64,000 nucleotides of DNA from Scenedesmus sp. PABB004 (taxonomy: Eukaryota): positions 434,001 to 498,000 of the forward strand of contig JABVCE010000010.1 of assembly GCA_014905635.1 (NCBI GenBank). Reading direction: 5' to 3'. Position 1 is the first letter of the stretch; each line of letters opens with the position of its first letter. The notes beneath the pieces are model-generated. The model had not been told where the DNA came from and did not search any database. It worked only from the letters and a program-made list of their open reading frames with translations. Shown here one piece after another: positions 13,613-22,215 of the stretch. Both the position numbers and the translations under genes were made by a program.

Positions 13613-15369
13613 ATGGCGGACGCCGCCGCCGCGGCCACGTGCGCGGCGGGCGCAGTGGTGCCGCCCCCGGCGGCGGCGCGAACGAGTTTGAGGCGGCGCG
13701 CAGCGCGCGCATCCAGCGCAACCGCGAGCTGCTGGCCGAGCTGGGCGTGGAGCAGGCGGCGGCGGCGGTCAAGGCGGCCATGGGCGGCGGCAAGCGCGCG
13801 CGGTCCAAGCCCAAGGACGCGCCGCCGCCCGAGGCGCTCGAGCCGAGCCGGCGCTCCAAGCGCCTCGCGTCGGCGCCCGAGCCGGCGGCCGCCGCCGCGG
13901 CGGCCGCGGAGCCGCCGTCGGACAAGCCGGGTGCGCACGGCGACCGGCGGGCGGGCGAGCGGCGGCGGGGCTCTTTGGGCTCCGGACGAGCCGCCGCGCC
14001 AGCGCCACGCACGACGCCCGCCTACGCTGCCGCCGCTGCTGCCGCTGCCGGCGCAGACCCCGCGTCGTTGCTGACCCAAGCAGAGTACTTCAAGCTGATC
14101 GGCGAGGAGCTGGCGGGCTTCCAGTCGGACGGCGCGTTCAAGGGGTGCGCCGCAGGCGCGCGCCGCAGGCGCAGCAGGCGCAGCAGGCGCAGCAGGCGCA
14201 GCAGGCGCAGCAGGCGCAGCAGGCGCAGCAGGCGCAGCAGGCGCAGCAGGCGCAGCAGGCGCAGCGGCCGGGCGCCGCGGCCGCGCGGCCCTGCGCCCGG
14301 CTGGACGCAAGGGCGCGCGGCGCGCCGCCGCCGCCGCCGCCGCCCACGCCCGCAGTTGGGTGAGCCCCGCGATGTGCGAGCTCTACGGCATCGCCGCGAG
14401 CGCCGCCGACGCGTGGGCGGCGGGCGGCGGCGGCGCGTTCACCCGCAAGCCCGACATGGCGGCCGTGCCGGCGGCGCTCAAGGCGCAGGGCTGGAGCGAC
14501 GCAAAGGCGCGGCGCGGCGCGGCGCGGCGGCGGGGGGCGGTCGCCGGCGCGCCTGGCGCACACACACCGCCGCGAGCACACGACGCCCGGGCGCGCCGCA
14601 GGCCTTCGCGGCGACCCAACTCCGCAAGAACCCGAACGCTTACTTCTACCGCCACGTGGCGCCGCACTGCACCCAGGCGCGGCGCCCCGCGGCCGGCCGG
14701 CCGGCCGGCGGGCTCGCCGCGCGACGTGCGCGCGCGCGCCGCCCGCCGACCTGCGCCGCGGCCGCCACGGCGCTGCCACGCAGGCGCAGGGCGAGTGGAC
14801 CGAGGAGGAGCACGAGCTGTTCCTGGACACGGCGCGCAAGGTGGGCGCGCCACGGGCCCAGCGGCGCGGCGCGGCGCAGCACGGCGCGGCGCAGCGCGCC
14901 AGCTCACGCGCCCCCGCCGCCGCCCGCCGCCGCGCCGCGCCGCCAGCACGGCGTGGGCGACAAGTGGTGCGCGCGCGGCAGCGGGGCCGGCGGCTCGCGC
15001 GCTGCCCGCGCCCCGCCTCACGGCGGCGCGCCCGCCGCCGCCGCAGGGGCCTGTTCGCGAGCCACATCGGCACGCGCGTGGGCTACCAGTGCAGCGCCTT
15101 CTACAGGCGCGCGACCCGGCCGGCGCCCGCTGCGCCGCGGCGGCTGCAGCGACGCGGCGCGGCGCGGCTCGGCGCGGCGCGGCGCGGCGGCCGGGCCGGG
15201 GCGCCCGCCTGAGCCCCCCGACCCCCCGGAGCCCCCGCCGCTGGCGCGCAGGGACGTGATGATCGCCAAGGGCCTCATCATCGACGCGCGCTACAAGATG
15301 ACGCCGAGCGGGCACGTCGTCTGGGTCGGCGGCGGCGGCGCGGGCGGCGGCGGCGGCGGCGGCGGCTGA
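13613..15369 (+). CDS. Myb/SANT-like domain protein (apparent -1 frameshift near 13665)
   Basis: Spliced C-terminus LRKNPNAYFYRH..GEWTEEEHELFLDTARKHGVGDKWGLFASHIGTRVGYQCSAFYR. N-terminal motif NEFEAARSARIQRNRELLAELG. Confidence 0.75.
14165..14265. repeat. 9-bp tandem repeat (GCAGGCGCA)~11 in an intron
   Basis: Directly visible; lies between donor GTGCG at ~14145 and acceptor at ~14355. Confidence 0.9.
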
Positions 15370-15530
15370 GGCGCGCGCGGGGCCGCCGAGCGGCCGGGGG
15401 CGTAAAGAACCCCGCTGCGCCAGCTGTACCCGCGCGCTCGGCTCTCTCCGACTCGCGCTGGGCGCAACCAGGCGGCATAAGGGGCGGGCAGGCCTGGGCA
15501 GCGCTGCGCGCCGCCATCCGCTCCGCGCGG

Positions 15531-15604
15531 CCCGCTGCTGCTGCCATGTGCGAGCTTGCCCGGGGCGTGCGCCCTGCGGGCACGGCCATGGCAGCAGCAG
15601 CGGG
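15531..15604 (+). ncRNA. Hairpin 1 (putative small-RNA precursor)
   Basis: Perfect 18-bp arms CCCGCTGCTGCTGCCATG / CATGGCAGCAGCAGCGGG plus an inner stem. Confidence 0.45.
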
Positions 15605-15929
15605 TAGGACTCTGCCACGCGGCGCCACGAGGCGGCTGGGCGGCCGCGTGGGCTGTGTGGCGGCCGCGATCGCAGAGAGAGCAGCGGCGCCGCCGACCCC
15701 CGCGCGGCGAGCGGCCTCGGCGTCCGGGCGGTGCGGGCGTGGGCGCTCGCACCGCGCTCTCCCGTGGAGGCCGCGCCGCGTGTGCGCGGTCTCACACGCC
15801 GCCCGCCGCGCGCGCGCGCACGCAGGCAGGCGCGACCGCCGCGCGCCGCAGCGCCCCACGGTCCAGGTGCGCGCGCCGGGGAGCGGCGGTGGGCTGCGCT
15901 GGCCCCGCGCCTGGCCGGCGCGCGCGCGG

Positions 15930-16005
15930 CGGCGCCGCCCGACCGGCGCGCGCGCGGCGGCGCCGCCCGACCGGCGCGCGCGCGGCGGCGCCGCCCGACC
16001 GGCGC
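15930..16005. repeat. Short GC-rich tandem repeat (~28-bp unit GGCGCCGCCCGACCGGCGCGCGCGCGGC, ~3x)
   Basis: Directly visible. Confidence 0.7.
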
Positions 16006-16241
16006 CGCGCGCCGCGCGTCCGGGCGCAGCGGACCGGCAGCGCCACCGCTGCCCCTGCTGCTGCCGCCGCTGCAGCTCCGCCGCCCCAGGCGCGCCGCCG
16101 TCGCCGCCGCCGTCGCCGCCTGGGCGCGAGCGCGCTGCGACGCGTGCTGGGGGCTCTCGCAGGTAGGGCGCAGGCCCCGTCCGGCCCCGAGCACGCGTCG
16201 CAGCGCGGCCGCGCCCAGGCGGTCGTGGTGGTGGGCCGGCA

Positions 16242-16311
16242 GTGGCCGAGCGCCTTCAGGTCCGCGACGGCGATCAGACGGCGCCACCGCGTCCTGAAGG
16301 CGCTCGGCCAC
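16242..16311 (+). ncRNA. Hairpin 2
   Basis: Perfect 19-bp arms GTGGCCGAGCGCCTTCAGG / CCTGAAGGCGCTCGGCCAC. Confidence 0.5.
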
Positions 16312-16399
16312 CCCTGCGAGCGACGGCCCCGCCCGCGCGCAACCCGCCAAGCGCCCGCGCCGCGACGACGCCGCGGCGCCATCCCCACCGCCGCCCCGC

Positions 16400-16508
16400 C
16401 GCCGGCGGCCGTGCACAGCCGGGGGCTGCCCATCACTGAGCATGAACCTTTGGCCTGTGGTTCATGCTCAGTGATGAGCAGCCCCCCGGCTGTGCACGGC
16501 CGCCGGCG
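16400..16508 (+). ncRNA. Hairpin 3 (pre-miRNA-like)
   Basis: ~49-bp stem with one mismatch and one bulge; 10-nt loop TTTGGCCTGT. Confidence 0.6.
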
Positions 16509-16565
16509 TCGCCGCCGGCGGCCGGCCCGCGCGCGCGCGCTGTTGCCGCGGCCACGGGAGTGCTG

Positions 16566-16626
16566 GCGCGGGCTGTTTTTACCCTGTCGCCAGTGTCACT
16601 GGCGACAGTGTAATAACAGCCGCGCG
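16566..16626 (+). ncRNA. Hairpin 4
   Basis: CTGTCGCCAGTG-T-CACTGGCGACAG core, extended by GGCTGTT/AACAGCC. Confidence 0.45.
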
Positions 16627-17044
16627 GAAGCGTACGTCCTCAAAGATGCTCAGCGGCGCGTCAAAGCCGCCCACGCGCCGCAGGTCGAGGGGGCGCCGCA
16701 GCTGCGGCGGCGATGGCGGCACCGAACAGGCAGCTGCGTCGGGGGGGGGGGGGGTGGGGGGGTCTGCCAGCTCGCGGTGCATGCGCAGGGCCGGCCGCGG
16801 CGCGGGGGGCGGTCGCTGCTGCGCGGGCGCGCATGCCGCCGCAGCTCGGCGGCCGCGAGCCGGCGCCCACGCGCCCGCGCGCCGCGCGCCCGCGCGCCCG
16901 CGCGCGCGCGCGCGCAGAGGGCCCGTGCGGACCTGGTGCCGCTGCGCCAGCGCTGAGCTTCGCGCCCCGCCGCCGCCACCGCCGCCGCGCCCTGCACAAT
17001 GCCGCGTCACTGCCTGCTGACGCCACCCAGCGCTGTTGGCCCCC

Positions 17045-17186
17045 TCCCAGGCCGCGCGCGCCTGCTGCAGGGTGTCACGCGCGGCGAGGGCCGCAGGTGT
17101 CGCAGATCGCGTGCTGGCTTGCGCGGTGTCTGACGCACCTGCGGCCCTCGGCGCGACATCCTGCAGCAGGCGCGCGCGGCCTGGGA
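17045..17186 (+). ncRNA. Hairpin 5 (~140 nt, pre-miRNA-like)
   Basis: TCCCAGGCCGCGCGCGCCTGCTGCAGGGTGTC / GACATCCTGCAGCAGGCGCGCGCGGCCTGGGA (one G:U); inner stem GAGGGCCGCAGGTG / CACCTGCGGCCCTC. Confidence 0.6.
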
Positions 17187-17233
17187 TGCGACGACGACGG
17201 GCCGGCGGCAGCCGGGGGAGGCGCACATGCGGG

Positions 17234-17286
17234 GCAGCCGGGGTTGGTGCACGGTGCCCGATCTGGCTGGATCCAACCCCGGCTGC
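17234..17286 (+). ncRNA. Hairpin 6
   Basis: Perfect 14-bp arms GCAGCCGGGGTTGG / CCAACCCCGGCTGC. Confidence 0.4.
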
Positions 17287-17470
17287 GCGCTCCGGTGCCC
17301 GCCTCGGACGGCGGCGCCGTGATGGTCAGGCTGCCGTTCTTGCGAGAACGCCAGCTTGGCCGTCGCGGCGTCGCCGCCAAGGTTTCGGTGCGCGGGGGAG
17401 GCGGAGCTCGGACGACACGCCCTGCGGCAGCTCTGCGCGAGCGGAGCTGCGGCACCGCGTGCGCCGCGCA

Positions 17471-17534
17471 GGATCAAAGACAGTGACCTTGCCCTCGCGG
17501 GACCTCACCAGATCAAGGTCACTGTCTTTGACCC
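17471..17534 (+). ncRNA. Hairpin 7
   Basis: Perfect 18-bp AT-richer arms TCAAAGACAGTGACCTTG / CAAGGTCACTGTCTTTGA. Confidence 0.55.
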
Positions 17535-17544
17535 CGCTCCCCAT

Positions 17545-17601
17545 CCGCTGCATCCCGGTGCTGGCGCGCACGCGCGAGCGGGCCCTGGCTGGATGCAGCG
17601 G
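17545..17601 (+). ncRNA. Hairpin 8
   Basis: 11-bp arms CCGCTGCATCC / GGATGCAGCGG. Confidence 0.3.
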
Positions 17602-17716
17602 GAGAGGCTGCCAAGGCCCGCCGTGTGACTGGTGCGCCGCTCGTGGTGCGGGCGGCGTCCAGCCACATGACGCCTGCCCGCCCGCCCGGCCGCGCTGGTG
17701 GCGCCATCGCGCAGAG

Positions 17717-17860
17717 CCGCACCGCAAAGCTGACTGTCCCGCGCCACGCGCCGTTGCTGGTGAGCTCGTTCACCGTCCCGCTCTCAATCAGAACAGAGCG
17801 GTGGTCAACGAGCTCACCGGCAACGGCGCGTGGCGGGGGACGGTCAGCTTTGCGGCGCGG
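17717..17860 (+). ncRNA. Hairpin 9 (~144 nt, pre-miRNA-like)
   Basis: ~55-bp near-perfect stem (CCGCAAAGCTGACTGTCCC..GAGCTCGTT / AACGAGCTC..GGGACGGTCAGCTTTGCGG) with two U:G wobbles on +. Confidence 0.62.
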
Positions 17861-17948
17861 GCGGTGAGGGCGGCAGCCACACGCGAGCGCGCGCGCGCGC
17901 ACGCGGCCGCTGCCCTGCGCTGGTGTCGTGCTGCTGCACGGAGACGTG

Positions 17949-18017
17949 CGCAGGCCAACCTGGATCTTGACGCGGAAGCCACATGACCTGCCGGTCAAAA
18001 TTCCAGGTTGGCCTGCG
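17949..18017 (+). ncRNA. Hairpin 10
   Basis: Perfect 16-bp CGCAGGCCAACCTGGA / TCCAGGTTGGCCTGCG, extended by TTGAC/GTCAA. Confidence 0.5.
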
Positions 18018-18242
18018 GTGCTGCTCCCACAGGCAGCATCAAGTGCAGGTGCGCGCGCGCGCGCGCGCGCGGCCGCGCGGTCCGCTGGGGGCCGGGGCCG
18101 CCACCGGTGGCGCGAGGCAGCATCGCGTTGTGCGGCCCACCTCGCGCAGCGCGGCGGGCGCCTCGGGGCCGAGCTCGGCCGCGCGCGGCCCACGCGGCGC
18201 CGCCGCTGCCTGTGCTGCGCCGCGTGATCGAGGCGCAGGAGG

Positions 18243-18337
18243 GGCTGGGCGAGGCCTGCTCGTATGACAGGTAGGGCGTCGTTAGCACAACGTGCGCAAC
18301 GTGCGCTCACCCTGTCGTGCAAGCAGGCCGACCAGCC
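18243..18337 (+). ncRNA. Hairpin 11
   Basis: GGCCTGCTCGTATGACAGG / CCTGTCGTGCAAGCAGGCC with two U:G pairs on +. Confidence 0.5.
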
Positions 18338-18467
18338 TGCACGCACAGCTCAGCCCACCAGCCCTGCCACCGCACGAGCGTGCGCGCAAAGCTTACAGCC
18401 TCGTGCGTGGCTTTTGCGCGCACGCTCGCGCGCTGGCAGGGCTGGGCGACTGGGCTGTGCCTGCAGG
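18336..18467 (+). ncRNA. Hairpin 12
   Basis: CCAGCCCTGCCA..CGAGCGTGCGCGCAAA / TTTGCGCGCACGCTCG..TGGCAGGGCTGG plus outer GCACAGCTCAG / CTGGGCTGTGC. Confidence 0.55.
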
Positions 18468-18539
18468 TGGGCGGGCGCTGGCGGCGCCGGCGCTGCCCAC
18501 GCCGCCCCCACCGCGCAGTGTTACGCCCACACCGTCGCT

Positions 18540-18621
18540 CACGCCGGTGCCCAGGCATGTGACGGTCATGTGGCCGCTGTCACGTGGTGACCTCGCCGTC
18601 ACGTGCCTGGGCACCGGCGTG
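18540..18621 (+). ncRNA. Hairpin 13
   Basis: 26-bp arms CACGCCGGTGCCCAGGCATGTGACGG / CCGTCACGTGCCTGGGCACCGGCGTG with one U:G. Confidence 0.55.
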
Positions 18622-18824
18622 GCCGAGGGCGTGCACGTGCGCCGCTGCTGCGAGTGCCGCTGCTGCGCTCTGCGCGCGCGCCCCCCGGCGGCCTGCGTGT
18701 CGCCGCCACCCGCGCGCCGCCGCCCGCGCGCGCCGCGCCACTTGACCATGGGCCGGTCATGCAGCACACAAGCTGCGGCGCTGCCCTTGAGCGGGTGGCT
18801 GCCCCTCACGCCGCACCCGGCCAG

Positions 18825-18898
18825 GCCGCGCCCGACCCTGATCATGTTGTCTGGTGCTGACCAACGCTCCGAACAACCTGCTCAGGGTCGGGCGCGGC
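18825..18898 (+). ncRNA. Hairpin 14
   Basis: Perfect 17-bp GCCGCGCCCGACCCTGA / TCAGGGTCGGGCGCGGC. Confidence 0.5.
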
Positions 18899-19215
18899 AC
18901 GGCCGACAGTTGCGGCGGCGTGGACGGCCTGGCCCCGCGCGCGCAGGCGCGGCCGGGAGACCTCGCTGGCTCGGGCTGAACCGCGCGGCGCGCGGCGCGC
19001 GGCCGGGCTGGGCGCCGAGCGTCCGCCGTGCGCCCGCGCCCGCGTCGGCCCTCGCCTCCTGCCGCCGCGTGCTGCCCCGCGCAGGCACGGCACCGGCCCT
19101 CGCCTCGTGCGCCGCGCGCTGCCCCGCGCCGGCCGCGGCGGCGGCGGCCGGCAGCGGCGGCGGTGTTCTTGCGGAGGTCAGCCGCCGGTGGTCAGCCGCC
19201 TGGTGGGTCCCTCAT

Positions 19216-19263
19216 CAGCCTGACCCCCGCGGGACGCCGGCGCGTTGGCCGACGGTCAGGCTG
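19216..19263 (+). ncRNA. Hairpin 15
   Basis: 10-bp CAGCCTGACC / GGTCAGGCTG. Confidence 0.3.
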
Positions 19264-19299
19264 CAGCCTCGCCGTTGGGGATGTTTGGGGGGGGGGGTC

Positions 19300-19370
19300 T
19301 TGGCGTTGCAGAGGTCAAAGTTGGAGCCAGCCTCACCAGCTGGTTTGACTTCTGACCTCTGCGGCGCCAA
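19300..19370 (+). ncRNA. Hairpin 16
   Basis: TTGGCGTTGCAGAGGTCA / TGACCTCTGCGGCGCCAA with two U:G; inner GCCAGC / GCTGGT. Confidence 0.55.
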
Positions 19371-19889
19371 CACCTTCCACGCCAAGACCCCAAGGACGGC
19401 GAGAGCGCGGCCTCGGTGAGGCAGCAACCCGCGGCCCCCACGCGCCTGCGCGCGCGCGGCCCCATCGCCCGCGTCGCGGGCCACGTTGCAGAGACCTCGC
19501 CCGCGCGGCGCAACGCCTCGTTGAGTTTTTTGAAGGCGCCCACGCGCCGCTCAATCAACCTCAGCGCGGCGCTGCGCCGCGCGGGCACAGCAGCCTCATG
19601 TGTTGGCCTCGGCGCGCCGGTGCGCCCGCCTCCTGGCCCAGCGCGCCGGATCGAGTCCCGGCTCCGCTCGGCAACGAGGTGGGCGCACCGGCGCCCGCGC
19701 CCGACCCGCGTGCGGCTGCCTCGCTGCGGCGGCGCTGGCAGCGGCTGAGCGGCGCGCGCCTGGGTCGGCCGAGCGGGCGCGGCGTCTGCGGCGGCTGAGC
19801 GGCGGCTGGCTGCGGCCCGCGCGGCGCGCGCGCGGCTGGACCGGCGGCGCGCGACGTGCAGAAGCACCCGGTGCAAACGGTCAGGGGCG

Positions 19890-19894
19890 TTACA
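19890..19894 (-). terminator. Putative green-algal polyadenylation signal TGTAA for the PsbP-domain gene
   Basis: TTACA on +, ~140 nt past the stop at 20035. Confidence 0.45.
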
Positions 19895-20034
19895 CGACGG
19901 ATCGGCCCCGAGCACGCGCAGCATGCTGCTGCTGGTGCAGCTACATGAAAAACAAGCAGCACACTGCGATGGCAGAGCGCTGCGCGCTGGGTCCGGCGGC
20001 AGCACGCGCTCGCTCGCCGCCGGCCGGCGCTCGT

Positions 20035-21663
20035 TCAGAAGAACAGCCTGCGCGCGGCGGCGGCGGCGGCGGCGGCGGCCGCTGCAGCGTCAGGGAGCCG
20101 TCGCGCGCGCTGCAGCGCGCGGCCGCGCGCGGGCAGGCCGCCCAGCCAGAGGTCGCGGGCAGGGGGCTGCGACAGACAAAAACGCCCCCCAGCGGCGGCG
20201 CGGCGCGCACCAGGGGTTCTGGTCGGGCGGGATGTACGCGTCAGTCGTGGGCAGCAGGCGGAAGCTGTCGACCGCGGCCTTGAAGCCGCCGGCCATGTCG
20301 GCCCACAGCGCCTGCGGCGCGGCGCGCGCGGCCGCGGGGGTCCGCGGCGCACGCCGCCGCACGCCCCCGCCGCCGCCGCGCGCGACTCCACCCCGCGCCC
20401 CCGCCGCCGCGCCCCCGCCGCCGCGCCGCCGCCGCCGCGCCGCCGCCGCCGCCGCCGCGCCTGGGGGCAGGAGAGGTTGAGAGTGTAGAGGTAGGGCTTG
20501 CCGTCGAGCCCCGGGCGCGTCGTCGTGACGGCGAGCGCGTGGCGGTAGGTCTCGGCCTTGATGCTCGACACCGTGGGCGAGCCCTGCGTGGTGTGCTCAT
20601 ACACGTAGTATGTCTGCCCGCCCCGCTCCTCCGCGTGCGCCTCCTCGATGTCGTTCAGCGCCGTGCGCTGCCCGCTCGACAGCCGCGCGGTCGACCTGCG
20701 CGCGGCCGGGGCGCCGCGCTCGCGCCGCGCTCGCGCCGCTGCGTCCGGCCCAGCCGAGCGCGCCGCGTGCCGCGCTGCGCGGCGCGCCTGTCGATGAGCA
20801 CGGTCAGCGCGACGTCGCGCGGCTTCCACGCCTCCTGCGGCGCGTCGCGCAGCACGCCGCTCGCGGGGCCGACCGTCATTGACACCGTCACGAAGCGGCG
20901 CAGGTCAAAGACCTCGCTCACGATGCGCTGCCGCGCGTCGGCCGACAGCGGCGCGGCGCTCGAGTACTGCGAAGCGGCGCGGCGCGGCGTGCGGCGCGCG
21001 TCGGCCCGCTGCCGCCGCGCCAGCTTGCCGCGCCGTGCCAGCTTGCCGCAGCGCCGTGTCGCGGCACCTTCTCGGGCGGGTGCGTGAGCGTCATCTGCAG
21101 CGCCTCGCCGCCGGCGGTCGCGACCGGGTAGATGAAGCTATAGGCGAGGATGGGGTCTGCCAGCTCAGCAAAACCCTGCGGCCGGGGTGTGGGGGCGCGG
21201 CGTCAGCCGGGCGCGCGGCGGCAGGGGGCCGCGGCGGGCGGCGCTGGGCGCGCGCGCGGCGCCGCCGCTCACCGCCGGCGCGGCGTCGGCCGCGGCCGCC
21301 GCGGCGCGCGGCGCGAGCTGCGCCGCGCCGAGCGCGGCCGGCGCGAGCAGCGCGCCCAGCAGCGCCTGCCGTCTGCTGGCCGCCGCCGCCTGCTCGCGCG
21401 CCTCCTCGCCTGCGCGGCGCGGCGGGCGGCGGTGGCGGGCGTGGGCGGCGGGCGGCGAGCGCCGCGCGCCCCGGTGGTGGCAATTCCGGCGTCGCCGCCG
21501 CAGCACACCGCGCCGCCGCCCCCGAACCTGGCTGCCGGCCGGCGGCCGCGCGGCAGCAGCCGCGGCGCGCGGCGGGCGGCGGCGCGGCCGGACCGCCGCT
21601 GAACGGCCGCCGCGCCGCCCGGGCGCCCGCCGCCTGCTGCTGCGTGTGAGCGGCGATCCTCAT
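20035..21663 (-). CDS. PPD5: PsbP domain-containing thylakoid lumen protein (PPD5-like)
   Basis: Transit/RR-type signal; PEKYSSAAPLSADARQRIVSE, YYVYEH..GSP, YRH..YLYTLN, VDSFRLLPTTDAYIPPDQNPW|LFF*. Confidence 0.82.
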
Positions 21664-22215
21664 GATGACGGTGCTGCTGCTGCGGAGCTGGGTGGAGGCG
21701 CCTGCTGCTGGTGCGAGGGCAGATCGGCTGCTGCTGCTGCAATTGCGCGCCGGTTGGTCGGTGAACGCACACAGTCGCGCTCCTGACGGCCAGAGCCGCG
21801 GGTAGAAGGCTGTGCGGAGACCGTGGGCGACCAGACACGCCCGCTGCTGCTGGGCACATTGATCGTCGCCTGCCGCGCTGCCGCGACCGGGTTCAGGCCG
21901 CCCCTGCCAGCCCAGCTCCTCCTCGCGCACCCGACACGCCCGGCGCCTTGTCGTCCGCCCGGTCCCGCGCACCCCGCCGCCGGGGCGGCCTGCATCAGCC
22001 CGTGCCCGCCCGCCCCACGCCTGCGCGCGCCCGCAGAGCGCGGCGCGTCGGCCGGGCTGACCCGGTGACCCTGATCTCACCGCAGCGCTAGCGGCGGGGC
22101 GCCTGCACGCCGCCAGCGGCCGCGGCGGCAGCGCGAGCAGCGGCGGTCGCCCAGCGGAGCGCAGGCGGCGGCACCGCGCGGCACCGCGCCCGGCAGCCCC
22201 AGCAGCGGCGGCGCC

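Noticed and set aside
13639..13655. 17-nt GT..AG micro-intron that would restore the Myb gene frame
   Set aside because: Far shorter than other introns here; one missing C in the nearby C-run explains it and matches other errors
16609..16613. TGTAA as poly(A) signal
   Set aside because: Lies within the paired stem of hairpin 4; cannot be supported as a 3' end without RNA data
15531..19403. CRISPR array, integron attC array or MITE family as explanation for the hairpins
   Set aside because: No repeated unit shared among hairpins, no regular spacing, no TSDs seen, no cas/integrase/transposase; eukaryotic context
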